Positions 15,355 to 28,770 of a stretch of 64,000 bases of DNA are shown one piece after another (within the stretch, counting starts at the first letter, position 1; each line of letters opens with the position of its first letter). Made by a program: the position numbers and the translations under genes. The DNA lies in NCBI GenBank assembly GCA_017654855.1, contig CM030335.1, positions 2,790,001-2,854,000 on the forward strand. The letters run 5' to 3'. The stretch comes from Podospora anserina (taxonomy: Eukaryota). Under the pieces are notes generated by a model that did not search any database, was not told the DNA's origin, and saw nothing but the letters and a program-made list of their open reading frames with translations.

Positions 15355-15877
15355 TTTGGGGAATGAACAGAGGCAGTGATCATGATTTGTATGTGAGCAG
15401 GGAAGGTATGTAAGGTTAGGTAGGTATATAACTTTGGCTGGTTGGGGTGATAGATGATGGATTCACAGCTTTATGATAGCAGCATGGTCAAAAATAATCT
15501 TTTATTTTATTTTTAATTCTGACTTGTACAATACGGGGTATCATACCCGCAATCAATTCTCCCCCCGTTGCGCTCAACCCCCTAATCCATACAAACAACG
15601 CTGACAAGATATCACTAACACGCTATAACAACTCCCATTCCCACTAATAATCAGTCCCCATCCAATCCATAACCCCACAAACCCCCCACCCAACAACAGC
15701 ACTCACCAACCCCTCCACCAAAACAACAGCCATCCAAACCACCGCAAAAGCAACCTCATGCACCCTCCCCAACCCCCTCAACGCCCTCGCCAACCCAACC
15801 GCCATCCCAATCAAAACAACCCCATCATGAACCACCACACCCATATCCTCCTCCTTCTCTTGCTCCTCACCAACGAG

Positions 15878-16354
15878 TCAATGATGCCCCCCCAACCCCG
15901 TCCCACTAGTGCTCAACAACAACTTCCTATTCTTCTTCACCAAACTAACAAAGCTCCTCTCCAGCTTCTCCGCCTCCTTCCTCGCCGCCGAAAGCGCCTG
16001 CTCCGCATCCTCCAAACTCATAAGCGGCACATTCCCAAACGGCCCCGCCGGCCCCCCAGCGCCCGGGGGAACATGTCTCTGCCCTGTTGCTGTCCCTGTC
16101 CCTTCCGCACCACCACCACCACCACCACCACTACCATCCACCCCTCCCTCAAGATAACTCGCAAACACACCCGGACTACTACCCCCAGCTTCAGCAAACG
16201 CCCCGACCGGACCAGGATAATTCAGCTCAGGAGCAACAGCATCAGCCATATCACCCCCCCCATGCCCAACCATCCCCGGTCCCCCAGCTCCATACAACCA
16301 CGGCGCCATCGCCCCCAAATTCGCCGCCGCAGCAGCATTAGCTTGCGCCTGTTG

Positions 16355-16394
<40 letters not shown>

Positions 16395-19300
16395 TGTCCT
16401 ACTCCTTGTCCACTCCCCCCAGTCCAGTTGGAGATCGCCTTAGGAAAACTCATATCCCTAGAGTTGAGGTTCAGTCTCGGGAGGACATACTGATTGATGT
16501 AGTAAATCGCCTCTTCCCTCTGGATTTTGTTCACCGGGTCGCTAGGAAAAGCTCCCTTGCCCTGGGGAAAGTAACTCGGTGGTCCATTGGGAACAGCTCT
16601 CCCTTTAACGAGCGAGAACCCAGAACCCGTGTCGTGACGGGAAGAGATGAATGACGCCGGGGAGGCTGCCTCCTCCGCGATTGCATTTTGGAGCTCCAAA
16701 AATCTGTCTTCCTCGTCGGCGGTGAGGTTGCGGATGCAATCGCCGTTGGGGGTGATGAGGATCCGGACACCGTCGACGACCTTCCTGACGGGCTTGCCAG
16801 ACAGCAAAATGGCCTGGTCCTCTTCGGTAACCATGTTCTTGGTGGGAGTCATGGTGTTCTTGGCTGCCAGCTCCCAGAGACCCGCAGCGTTGATGTCATT
16901 TTTCCACCGGTCGAGGGGGACGGTGGTGGGCTGGAAGAAGGCGAGCTTCTCGAGGTTCTCGGGAACTAGGCCGGCCTCGTGGAGGCTTTGAAGGATCTCG
17001 TGAGGCAAGGGCCCCTCGCGAGGGACGGCGGCGTTCTGCTGGTTGCCACCATCGGGGGTGTTGGAGTCATATCTGTTCTTGTGAGTAGGCTCACCAGTCA
17101 AAGTAGTAGTTTCATTGGCGGTAGAGCGGTAGGTTGAAGACTCTTCCTTCACTTCCTTGACCTCCTTGGACTCCTTGGTCTCCTTGGTCTCCTTTGTTGA
17201 GGGAGCAGGGGAAGCAGCCGGTGGCTCGGAGCTGCTCTTCGCCGTGGTCGGTGTAGCAGCTGGCTTCTCCTTTTCCTTCTTTTGCTTCTTCTTGCGGCCG
17301 ATGATGGGCCCAATCTCGACCTCGGGCTCTGGCTTGATAGGCTGCGCAGCGAGGACGGCCGATTCCTTCTTGGTCAATTCCTTGCGCTGCTTTCGCTGTT
17401 GGCTCTTGGTCGTGGTCCGGGTTGGGGCGGACCCAATCCTGGAAGACGGAGGAGGCGAGTTGGTCCGCGAGGCCGAGATGGAAGCGGAAATAATGGAAGC
17501 GCTGTCGGAGATCAGTTCGCTGGCAGGTGTCTCAGGCCGATGGGCAGATGCCGCGGCAGATGAGCGCGCCGAGGGCGCGGTGAGAGACGGACCCGCACCC
17601 ATGATAGGCGTCGATGGCGTCTCCGTCTTCGGCGTGGCCACCAGTCTTAGAGTTTTAGGTGCAGCCCGTGAAAGTGGTGACGAAACGGAAACCGGTGTCG
17701 GAGTAGGCAGCGCAGGGAACGCCGAGTCCTTCTCTGCGGTAGTCGACTTTGTCGATGCCGAGGGAGCTTCCAGATTCCGAATCTGGGAGACCTTGGTGGC
17801 AGCCGCGATATTGAGAATGCCAGGCACAGGACGCTTGTCGTTCTTCTTATCAGCAGGAGCAGCAGTAGTCTTTTCTGCGGCCTTGGATGTGGCAACAGTT
17901 GAAGGCGCCTCCAAAACCTTGACAGGTGCCGTACTCGCAGCCGCAGCCACAGCAGCAGCCTTTTCTTTCTCCTTCTCCTTCTCTTCGGCCTTCAACCTCT
18001 CCTTTTCCGCCTTCTCGGCCTTCTCTCTCTCAAGCCTTTCTGCTCTCTCGGCCTTCTCCCTTTCCTTCCTCTCCTTCTTCTCCTCCTTCTTGGTCTTCTT
18101 GGCGCTCTTCTCAGGTGCGGCCTCACCTATCAACTTCTTGCTAGAGCTTACCTTACTTGGTGCTGGCTTTGGTGTAGCAACAGGTGTGGCCGCAGCTGAA
18201 GCCTTTGGTGAGTTGAGAGCTGGGAAATCTTCGTCCTGTAAGGTGACTATCTTTGGGGCCTTGGCTTTGGCAATCTCCTTGGATAAACCACTTTCAGCGG
18301 CCAGTGCCTTGATGATATTTTTCGCTTCAGAGGCTGATGGAGTAATTGTGCGTTTGCTTATCAGCGGGCTTGGGGCAGCTGATGGGGCAGATTTAGACGA
18401 AACCTTGGGTGACGCCACTGACGGGGTTTGTCGCCCAAAGTTCATGGTGTGGAGTGACGCATGTGAGATAGCAGGTGAATGTTGGACGCTTGGAATTGGA
18501 AGTCCGGGTGGCGCCGAAGGCGTTCCAGTCCTACCAAAAATCTCAAAGCCCCCAGGGGGGTGTCGAATGTTGACATCGATAGGCTCATCCGCCACAAGCG
18601 CGTCGATGCTGGGTCTAAACTCTTCGAGTGAGAGTAAGTCGTCCTCTATAAACCAAGTTAGCTTCCATATCTTTTGAATGGCTCAAAGTGCAAAGCTTCA
18701 GATGAGAAGATACATCCAGGAGAGAGACCGCTGGGCCTGTGGGGCAGAGAGGATGGAGGAAGGAGGAAGAAGAAGGAGCACAAGCAAGCAGCGCCATTAT
18801 ATACAGGAGAATTAAGTCACATCAAGACTACCATCATCGTCTTCCGGTTGGTAAAGTGTACTATCGGAATGGTGCGAGAAAAAACGCTTTATTTTATCCA
18901 CCGATGCCACCTCAGCCCCAGCTGTGTTTAAAACCTGGGGGCCCAAGTTAACGTACATGAAGGAGAACCCCAAAGGAAGACGATGAGAGCTTGCCTGACG
19001 TGACCACAAAAAATCTGGTGTTGTTTTTTGTCTTTCCATGACCGCCCGCCCCAACCCTTGGGATGTATCCCAAGGCCATTAATCGACCAACAAAATGCAA
19101 GTGACGCCAGTGCTAGGCGGGTCCCTCCCTCGTGGAACCAATGCCTGCGATGCTCGAGAACCGTGATTCAAGCCCGCTCCCCATAAGAAAAGAAAACAAA
19201 AAACAAACAATCCCCTGGCTGAGCCACCCAAACCAACGCTGTCGTGATATATAGTGACATAAAAAGCCAAACAAAACGCATGTGCTCCTCCTTCCCTCCA

Positions 19301-22041
19301 AAAAATGATGGTGATATGTGTGTAATGCAATGCAAAAGCCAATTTTTCGTGAAATCGCGGCCGGCACTTCCGGATCAGAGTCGTCATCACCATTGCCGGT
19401 ATGGCTGGTTATACATCATGCCCTGGTTGGTGTACCCACCTTGCGACTGACCGCCGAACACACCCGGCCCGAGTCCGCCATTGCTCTGTTGCTGCAGGGT
19501 TTGCTGCTGGTGTTGCAAGCTCTGCTGATGCGACTGCATTCGCGCCTGAAGTATGCTCGGGTCTGCAAGATCAACTATGCCACTCCCCCCAGAGGAGGAA
19601 GTGTTAGCGTTTCTGTGCTTCTTCCCCTTCTTCTTCTGCTTTGAACCCATGTCTTGGAATGCTCCAGGCTGCGAGGCAAAGAGCGAACCGAGGTGGTTCG
19701 AGGCAGGAGCCGGGGTCGAGGAGTTGGAAGGTGGGTACTGGTTAGGGTTGAAAGAGAACGTGTACTCACGCTTACCGGAATCATGAGCCTGGGCACCTCC
19801 GCCCCTGTTGCGGTTGATAAGTTGTTGCATAATCTCGTTATCCTTTGACGCCCCGCCGAACGCCGCCGTCAAGCCAAATCCGTGCTGCCCAAACATGCCG
19901 GGAGGTGTGCCAGTCGACTTGAGACCCGGAGGCGGCGGCGGCATGGAGGAACCATAGTACTGGTTGCCAGCCTGGTTGTGGAACGTTGAAGGCATCATGG
20001 ACGACTGCTGAGCCATGATGCGGGGGTTGCCTGTGAGCTTCACCGACGTAGAGGACGCAGCGTCTCTGTTGTCGTTGGCGAAGCTGAAGCGGGAGCCCTG
20101 GCGGTTGTGGCCCTGTCCCTGGAAGAGGGTGTTGGTCTGGGCTGTCAAGTGTTCGACAAACCCAGTTGGGGGGCGCATGAAGCTTCGCTGTTGAGGCGTC
20201 ATTGTCCGACTGGCAGTACCGATAGACCCAAGATTCGATGTCGATTGGGTCATGCCAGAGCCCACAGCTTGACCAAAGAAGCCATCGGCACTGCCTCTTT
20301 GAATGGGTGGTTGAGCGGTGCGCCGTGGGTCAAAGCCGTGGGTGTCACGAACATGATCCCGGTCCTCTGGTTCGCCACCCAGTGCGAGACTGCCACTGCT
20401 TTCAGGCTCGCCCTCTGAGGGCTCACGAACACTCGCAGTAAGCTGGTCACCAGTGGTGCTCGCGGCCTCGGACTCCCTCATCGCCCGGCGACGCTCGCCT
20501 CCACGAGAATCGAAAAGAGGAGGGTACTTGGAAGCATCATCCTGCTCAGCACTCGGTTTCGGCCACGCCAGAGCGCAGCCTTCGAGCGACTTGAGCAGAG
20601 ACTTGAGGGTGTCCTGAGTGGTGCGCTTGGCTCTTTCAGCAGGAGTTTTGGCCGACTTGGTTCGCGTAGCCGGCGATGCCGCTGCGGGGGTTGGGGTTGG
20701 CGCCGAGGGAGATACTGGGGCAGATGCCGGAGCTGCGGTGGAAGGCCCTGGCGTGGGAGCCGGTACATCGGCAACTGGCTCGTCCTCCACAGCAGACTCG
20801 GTCGTAACTGGCAGCGCATTCGAGATGGCAGGGCTTGGTGCGGCACCACTAGTGGCATGGCTGCCCCTTCTGCTACGAACCTGTGGGTTACGTGCCCAGT
20901 TCGCGGTGGCAGGCAGCGCCGGGCCATCGCCGTGGTCCGATCCATCTTTGCTAGAACTGCGAATCATGGGCTGGGCGGCTACCGGTGCAGGCGAAGGATG
21001 GCTCTGCTGTCTTGATGCAGAGCGGGAAGAACCAGCGGCGTGGGGTATCGGTTTCTGGGCATTGATGCCGTTGATGGACGATAGATCCTGCCGCGTGTAG
21101 CTGTCCTCCTCCTCAGCCAGCTCATGCAAGAACATGCACTGGCGGTTGGTACATGTCTCGTGCCGCAACCAAGCAGAACAGTATTTCGTCGTTCCTAATT
21201 GCGCCCTGAGGACTCTGTCCCCATTCATGGACCCATTGACTGCCTGGATGCACTTGGTTGCATCCTCCTGTTTTTCAAAGGTGACGTAAACACCCAGAGA
21301 TTGGTTGTGGCCGTCAGTGCCACGTCGATTACTAATCGATATTTTCTGGATGTTGCCGTACTGGCCAAAGAATTCGGGCTTTCGAAGGGTTTTGAGCAAC
21401 TCGTCTTCACGAACTGTCGGCTGCAACCCGGTCACATAAACCAGGTTCTTTTGGACAACTCGGACGCCGACAAGGTTCTTGCGACTGTGGTTTTCGGCCT
21501 CTCTTTTCTGGGCTTCCTTTTGCCGTTGCTCAGCGGCACGCTTCTTTTGGCTCTTGGCCACATTGGCTCGGAATGCTGCGTATCTGGGCTGCTGTCAATA
21601 TCCAAAGCCAGGCATCATCTTATGAACCCCACTTACTCCTCAGGTGTGACAACTTTGTACTCGATCGTGGCTTCGTTGTAGGGACGACGACACGCAGGAC
21701 ATAGCCCGTTCATATTGTTCCTAATGTTGTTGAAACAGAACTGACATATCTGTAGCGAGTGGGCGGTCAGTAATCTGATGAGCAAATCGCGCAGGGTGTT
21801 GGCGGCAGCATACCTGATAACCACAGGGGCATGGACGGAAGTTTCGGTCTGAGAGATCGAACTCCTCGATGCAGAGGGGGCTAGAAGCATGGTTAGCATG
21901 GAACTTGCGCTGGAGGTGCGAGAAGAGGGGCGCCGAGCTGCGGATGCCGGTACTGCTGGTGGGGACAGAAAGCCCCCTGAGGAGGGAAACCACATACCAA
22001 GTGTCCTCATCATCGTCGATGAATGTGTCTTGGTGCGTCAT
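15878..22041 (-). CDS. NOT4: CCR4-NOT E3 ubiquitin ligase Not4/Mot2 (RING + RRM + C3H). Long isoform includes exon 18645-15878; short isoform ends at 19387.
   Basis: RING: CPLCIEEFDLSDRNFRPCPCGYQ|ICQFCFNNI...CPACRRPY. RRM: RVVQKNLVYVTGL...FFGQYG...LGTTKYCSAWLR. In-frame phase-1 intron 19439-18646 (GTGGGT...GCTAAC...TATAG) links to the 905-aa downstream ORF. Confidence 0.9.
16349..16396 (-). repeat. CAG/CAA trinucleotide tract encoding poly-Q16
   Basis: Run of ctg/ttg on the + strand, inside the NOT4 3' exon. Confidence 0.9.
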
Positions 22042-22835
22042 TGTGAATTATGTGGAGGTGGTGTCGTCGAGATGGGGTTTGTTCCGATACTCGAGATGTG
22101 GTTTCGAGTGGCAAGATCGAAACGACGAGTGGTGGTGTGCTTTTGGGCAATGTGCTGGATGTAAACGGCCAAGGTGAATTAAACTTGGTGCTGGGGTTGC
22201 ACTCGGTTTCTTGAGATTAGAAGAGTCGAGGTAGCAAGTCGAAAAAAAAATACGCGGAACAAGGTTGGAGAGACCACTGGGTGCGCCTGGTACTGTATTT
22301 ATTGATTTAAGCTGGACCAACTCGCTGGTGGAGGTGAATGAAAAGAACAAGAGACGATTGTCCAGCGGCGAGCAGAGCCTTCGAAAGCGTCACGGAGTCG
22401 CTAATCCGCTTTTGGTTAGTCTCGTCTGGCACGTGTCGCGCTGTGCTCGGTTCTCCGCGAAAGCAACGACACCACTTTACAGATGAAGCGTCAACGACTA
22501 TTTGTCTCAGCAAACCTGGGGATAGCTGGTGTCTTTTGATTGGGTGTTTTCTCAGTAAGAGTAGTTGAGATCAGTCAGGTAGGGTAGAGTAAAATCGAAA
22601 GCCACGTTCATAAAATGTATTTGTACAAAAGAAATTGTGGGGTAGCTCGCCTCGAGCAACTTTGTCTGTTGTTTCACTCTTGGCTTCAAGGCACGTGATG
22701 GGTCACCTGACTCAGCCATGGATTCGAGCTCCAAGCTTTCGACGTCAATTGCAAATCGACCTCGTCAAGCACCCATATTCGACTGAGGGCACTGGTTGAT
22801 TCCCAGCAATTGGCTTCAGCCCCCCGACTCCAACC

Positions 22836-23761
22836 ATGGCCAGCAAGCTCTGCAGAAGCAGGGCTTTGGCCTCGGCTTTCCGACCAACAACCTCCTCCAT
22901 TGCGGCGCCCATGGTGCGGTGTTTTGCCAACACTGCCCGTAGCAATGTCGCCGTTCCCAAGGACGCCCCGAACCCCCGTGAGCTTCCCCGCGACCAGATC
23001 GGTACCCTCAAGGCCGCCCCCGTGAACCCTGCCGACAAGTACCAGGCCAAGGCGGATGCTATGCACAAGTATGGCGCCTGGCTTATGGGCTGTCTTCCCA
23101 AATACATCCAGCAGTTCTCTGTGTGGAAGGACGAATTGACCATCTATATCTGCCCCTCTGGCGTCATCCCTGTCTTCTCTTTCCTCAAGTGTAAGCCGGC
23201 AGCCCGTTACGCCCCCTGGGTGATATCCACCCTCTCTAACCTCGATTCATCATAGACAACACCTCTGCCGAGTTTACCATGGTCAGCGACATCACCGCCG
23301 TCGACTTCCCCACCCGTGACCAGCGCTTCGAGATCGTCTACAACCTCCTCAGCATCCGCCACAACTCCCGCATCCGTGTCAAGACCTACGCCGACGAGGC
23401 CTCTCCCGTTCCCAGTCTTACCCCCCTCTATGATGGCGCCAACTGGTATGAGCGCGAGGTGTACGACATGTTTGGTGTGTTCTTCGTCAACCACCCCGAT
23501 CTCCGCCGCATCATGACAGATTATGGCTTCGAGGGTCACCCCCTGCGCAAGGACTTTCCCCTTACCGGCTACACTGAGATTAGGTATGACGAGGAGAAGA
23601 AGCGCATTGTCACAGAGCCCTTGGAGCTCACGCAGGCGTTCCGCAACTTTGAGGGAGGCTCCAGTGCCTGGGAGCAGGTTGGATCTGGCGTGGATGTTAC
23701 GCCCGAGACCTTCAAGCTGCCGACACCAAAGCCAGAGCCACCTAAAGAGGAGAAGAAATAG
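22836..23761 (+). CDS. NDUFS3: NADH:ubiquinone oxidoreductase 30-kDa subunit (NDUFS3/NuoC homolog), mitochondrial; 2 exons
   Basis: Arg/Ser-rich presequence. Motifs [31 protein letters not shown] and [22 protein letters not shown]. Intron 23191-23255. Confidence 0.96.
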
Positions 23762-24574
23762 ATGTAGACGAGGGGGAGGGGGGCTTTGTAAATATTTTGT
23801 GTTACCAAGGCGTTCATACAGCAGTCTTGTTAAGAGTCAGTTGGGTGCCAAATGCAATGTGTGAGGTGTCAATCTGGTGTTGCCCGTCCATGCTGCATGA
23901 TTATATTCGCATGTATCCTTCGTTCAAGGGGCCATATGAGGAGGAGGCGTAAGCCATTTACATGACAAGGAACGCTGAAAACCAGGAAAAAATCACAACG
24001 GTCCCTTATTTGCCTGGCTGCAAGCCAGAAGCCAACATAACCTTCCAGTTGTCTTAAATAGCTGCCTTAACCTCAGCCTACAGCTTTCGGAGCAGCATGT
24101 GGTTGGGATTTAGCTCACTTGTACACCACATTATCAAACGGCCGATGTTAGGTCGGCATTCAAGGTTTTATGATTTAAAATACAGACAAGAACACCAAGC
24201 TCCAGTTCATGTCCAGATATCGAATTTTAAAATCTATAACGCCAGAAAAACTATGAAATATCTCACACTGCACTAAGCTTATTTTTTTCGGTCTTTTCAC
24301 AGTGGACAGGAGGTTTCCTGTGGGTTTTTTTTATGTTTATTTTTCCCATTTTCATAGATTATCTCACACTGCATTGCAGATGACTCGGGAATCAATGTTC
24401 ACCATGGATTGATATCGTCATTGTATTCTCTCATCACCTCTTGCCCTGAATATTCCATAAATGGTCCAATTACTTTCTGAATTGCCCGTGGTATAGCTCA
24501 GTACCAATATCTATGTACTTCGGCATGAGGTATTTGATGATAGTCATGCCCATAAATTGAATAGTCTTGTAAAG

Positions 24575-24760
24575 AGGCTGACCTTGTCATCATCAGACCT
24601 CTCCTTCACTGTCATCTCACTTCCATGTAAACTGGGCTGTCTCCAACCGATATCTCCAAAGCTGGTCTCTCATGAGCTGACCTCTTTAAAACGGACCTCT
24701 TAGAAGTTGACCTCTCTTCAACTGTTCTCTTTTAAACTGACCTCTCTCACACTGCCCTCC
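24575..24760. repeat. Degenerate short-unit array (CTGACCTCT-like)
   Basis: Variants gctgacctt, cagacctct, gctgacctct, cggacctct, gttgacctct and actgacctct, spaced about 15-20 nt apart in the core. Confidence 0.55.
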
Positions 24761-25184
24761 TCCCAACCTTACCCATTACCCTCACATAATGTCACACCAT
24801 GTATTGCACTGAATCACGTTCTATGACCAAATATTGAATATATGGGTCTGTCCATGACCAGTCTTATCCCTGGAATGCTTGTGACTACCCTACCTGACTA
24901 GGTGGCCAGGTCAGCACTGAGATGGTCAAGCGAGCATTAGATGAATTCAGACTGTCTTCAAGGCTCACGATCTCAGCTTCAAACATACACCCGTGACAAA
25001 CAGCACTAAAGAGAGCCAGTTAAATCAAAGTGAAAGAATCCTCATCCATATTTGACTTGATATACACTTGATATACATTTGACTTTTCTATATCCAATCC
25101 TTAAACCTCCAATATACCCAGCGTTTCTACCTAGCGTATATACCGCGACAAATCCAATCAGGCCCCATATCCCAGGCAGCCTGC

Positions 25185-26472
25185 CTAATCATACCAAATA
25201 GCATTCATCCCAAACCCCGGCTCCGGAATCCTCACCCTCGCCACCCTATGCAAATACTCATCCTGCCACCTGTACATCTCCAACCACCCCTCCTGATCAT
25301 CCGTGATGGCAACCCACTCATCGCTAAAATCACACGGGCTCACCGCGTTGGAATGACCGCCGCTCGTCGGCGTGGGGTTCAGCGCAAGCTGCTTCTCAAT
25401 CGAGCCGCAGTCCCTCAGCTTGAACGCAGACCAGTACCCCTGAAGGTCAAACTTGTTTGCCCGAGACGACGCAAACATGTACTTGCCAGAAAAGGTCAGC
25501 GCGACGACGTCGGCGCGGTAGAGGCCCTTGCCGGTTTCCTTGTCCTTTTGGGGGATTCCGGGGGGGATCAAGGGGAAGGAGTGGTGGGTGTAGACGGGGA
25601 GGTGGGTGGCGGGGTCGATGACGTATTCGCAGAGGCGGTTGCCGGCTTCCATGAGGGCGTAGAGGTAGTTGCCTGAGGGGTGCTTTTCACAGTTTCTGTT
25701 AGTTTACCTGTTGGGACAGGGAGGAAAGGGGCTGACATACCATAGCTACCCATCTAGGGTGGTCACCAGCGTCAGGGGCATCGACGCTGCCGACGAGCTC
25801 GACCTCTCCCGAGGGGAGCTTGCGGTGAGTCCACAGCTTGTTGGCAGTCAAGTCGGCCGAGTAGAGGTAGGTCTCGGTTGGGTCAAAGACCATGCCGTGG
25901 ATGCCGGTGTTTTCTTGGTAGGGGTAGTTCTGGACATTGTCCTTGAGGGCACCCGTGTCGGAGACATTGAAGACGTTACCGTAGCCGGCGTGCTTGTAGA
26001 AGGGATTGCAGTAGACGTTGTAAGGGGGCTGCTTGGCGGCCAGGAGGAAGATGGCGCGGGTGTTGGTGTCTGCGTCGTTGGCACGGGCTGGGATAGAGGG
26101 TGTCTGTTAGTGATGGGTTCAGGATGATTTTGAGGATGTCGAACAAGAAAATACGCACGATCACCACCCATGGGGTGGGACGCCTCGTGGACTATCTCGG
26201 TCGGGCTCTTGACGGCGAAGCTGGACCATTTCTTCATGGCAGCGCCGTAGAGGTTCTTCTTGGCATGCTGTTTTTCATGGTGAGCAATTGGTGTAATTGG
26301 AGCTGAGCTTATCGGTCAATCGTACGTCAAAGGCCATCCACGAGATGGGCTCATCGTGAGGAATCTCGGTGCGCTTGATGAGCTTCAGAGTCAAAGCCTC
26401 ATCGTCAAACTCAACGGTGAAGATGGCCCCTGGAGGGGTCCAGGTGCCGCACATCAAGTGGTGGAGGGGCAT
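25185..26472 (-). CDS. 3-carboxy-cis,cis-muconate lactonizing enzyme (beta-propeller, fungal CMLE); multi-exon
   Basis: MPLHHLMCGTWTPPGAIFT...EPISWMAFD, MKKWSSFAVKSPTEIVHEASHP, HGMVFDPTETYLYSADL, DHPRWV, PTPTSGGHSNAVSPC and EPGFGMNAIWYD. These match my recollection of the Neurospora-type CMLE. Confidence 0.9.
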
Positions 26473-27861
26473 GGCTGAAAATGACGTCGGCTACCGATGC
26501 CGGGACTTTTTCTGAGCAAAATGGGAGCTTGGGGAGAAACAAACAGCTCGAGAGTGAAACCTCGACGACGAAAAAAAAAGTTTCAAACCGACGATGCACT
26601 GTTCAATCGTACGATGACGGAATAGTTCGCTCAGGCCGGAATGAAACTCAATCAACTACGGAAAACTAGGCTCATTTTGCGCATCTGGCTTAAAATGTTT
26701 TGACCATGAACTTTTTCCCAGCTCCTCGATTGCTTGCCGGCCCCTCCCACGAGCAAATGGTGTGCAGGACAATTGTTTTACCCCTCATTGCCCTCAAGCT
26801 CGGGATTTAGCGATGTGGGGGGGTGCCAAAACGGCAGGGGTCGGATGCCGCTACCGGGAGATGGATGGACCGGGGGACGGCTGGACGTTTGGCCCAAACA
26901 GCGCCGGGTTTTCAGTTTTGATTCCAGCCAGTGGACGACAGCCGATGGCTGAAGATTGTACTGCGCTCTCACCGCAGAATGCAGTTGGAAATGTGAGGTC
27001 AATGTGTGAGGTTGAACTAAGCACAGACAGACGGCACGCGCCGTGATGGGACTGAGATACGAAGACCCTGATCCGAAACAAGCTTGTCCCCAACTTGTAC
27101 CCCCGAAACCCCCAGATTTCGGGAGCACGATACATCTTGTCAGCCGGAGCACTCGGATGAAGGCTCATCCTGGCCTCTTTCGACGCTTTCGAGACCACAT
27201 GCGCCCAGCTCGCAGCTGCGCTTCCCCATAGCTCACGCCATGTCTTTGTCGAGCTTTGTCTTCGTCAAAGGGTCTCGGGCTGGACAACGGAGCGCGATTC
27301 AGTGTCAGTTCCATGTCGGTTCCATGTCGCCCCAGACCGGCCCCCAGAAGGCCGCGATGCCAAGCTCTCGGCCGTCAGCTTGACTGGCAAGCCGTTGCCA
27401 TGGGCCGGGATGCTCTGGGGTTTTGGTGGGCGGACCGGGGGTGGGTTCGGTGGGTTTTGAGTGGGCGTTCCTGGGCCCCTGGCCCTGCCGTGGCGCTTGT
27501 CGGATCTTCGTGGGAGAAAGCGACTGCGGGACAACCTTAGTCCTCCTTCACCCCACTCCCGAATTGGGGGAACTTGGAGATGCTGAAGCTGCCGCGACGG
27601 CTGTCCGATCAGGAGCGGCGGGGAAAATGACACCACAAGAGGCTTCACATCCTATCACATTGCCTGGATATGCAATATGGCAAAGGATGCTTGACATAGA
27701 GGCGAGATTTCCCAGATCATTTGTATATTAACCTCATCCCGTCTCTCCCTCTCTGCCAGTTCCTCTTCCCCATCCTCATCCTCATCACATCCACACATCT
27801 CATCCCCAGATCTTCATCTAATTCACCAACCACAACCAACCAACCAACCACAACCTTCACA

Positions 27862-28770
27862 ATGGCCTCCGACAAGCCCGCTCACCGTTTCGACCCCAAC
27901 TTCACCAAGAATGTCATTGAGGGCATGGGTCCCGCCACCACCCCCCGCAACCGCGAGGTTCTCGGTGCTCTGATCCGCCACATCCACGACTTTGCTCGTG
28001 AGGTCGAGCTCACCGTCGACGAGTGGATGGAGGGTGTCAAGTTCGTCAACGCCCTTGGCGAGATCTACTACACCTCCAACAAGACCCGCAACGAGACCCA
28101 CCGCATCTGCGACGTTCTCGGCCTCGAGTCCCTCGTCGATGAGATCGCCCACAAGATCATCTCCGAGGGCGAGCTCGACCCTACCTCCTCCTCCATTCTC
28201 GGCCCCTTCTGGTCCCCCAACGCTCCCTTCCGTGAGCTCGGTGGTGAGATCTTCCAGGACGGCGTTCCCCCCAACGGCCGCGTCACCAAGATGCACGGTG
28301 TGATCCGCGACATCATCACCGGCCAGCCCATCCCCGGCGCCGTCTTCGACATCTGGCAAGCCTCCGCCAACGGCAAGTACGACTTCCAGGACCCCGAGAA
28401 CCAGACCCCCAACAACCTCCGTGGCAAGTTCCGCGCCAACGAGAAGGGCGAGTACTGGTTCTACTGCCTCCACCCCACCGCCTACTCCCTCCCCCGCGAC
28501 GGCCCCTCGTGGCAGCTCCTCTCCCTCATGGACCGCCACCCCATGCGCCCCGCCCACATCCACATCATGGTCACCCACCCCGACTACCAGGGCTGCACCA
28601 CCCAGCTCTACCCCAACGACGACCCCTGGGTCAAGTCCGACACCGTCTTCGCCGTCAAGGACGACCTTGTTGTCGACTTCAAGCCCATCAAGGAGAAGGA
28701 CCCCAAGGCCGTCCTCGAGCTCGAGTACAACGTCAACCTTGCTCCCAAGGGCTACAAGGGCAAGATCTAA
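27862..28770 (+). CDS. Intradiol ring-cleavage dioxygenase, likely the fungal protocatechuate 3,4-dioxygenase type
   Basis: [21 protein letters not shown] and RPAHIH iron-ligand motifs; TTQLY and [10 protein letters not shown]. Strong C-ending codon bias. Substrate is inferred from the adjacent CMLE. Confidence 0.9.
   Translation: MASDKPAHRFDPNFTKNVIEGMGPATTPRNREVLGALIRHIHDFAREVELTVDEWMEGVKFVNALGEIYYTSNKTRNETHRICDVLGLESLVDEIAHKIISEGELDPTSSSILGPFWSPNAPFRELGGEIFQDGVPPNGRVTKMHGVIRDIITGQPIPGAVFDIWQASANGKYDFQDPENQTPNNLRGKFRANEKGEYWFYCLHPTAYSLPRDGPSWQLLSLMDRHPMRPAHIHIMVTHPDYQGCTTQLYPNDDPWVKSDTVFAVKDDLVVDFKPIKEKDPKAVLELEYNVNLAPKGYKGKI

Noticed and set aside
17157-18677. 506-aa plus-strand ORF, and other long antisense ORFs such as 27823-28842 and 1152-2021
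   Set aside because: These are antisense shadows of codon-biased real genes, with no recognisable motifs.
24484-24503. tRNA-like 5' end (GCCCGTGGTATAGCTCAGT)
   Set aside because: No T-loop GTTCRA or acceptor-stem complement follows.
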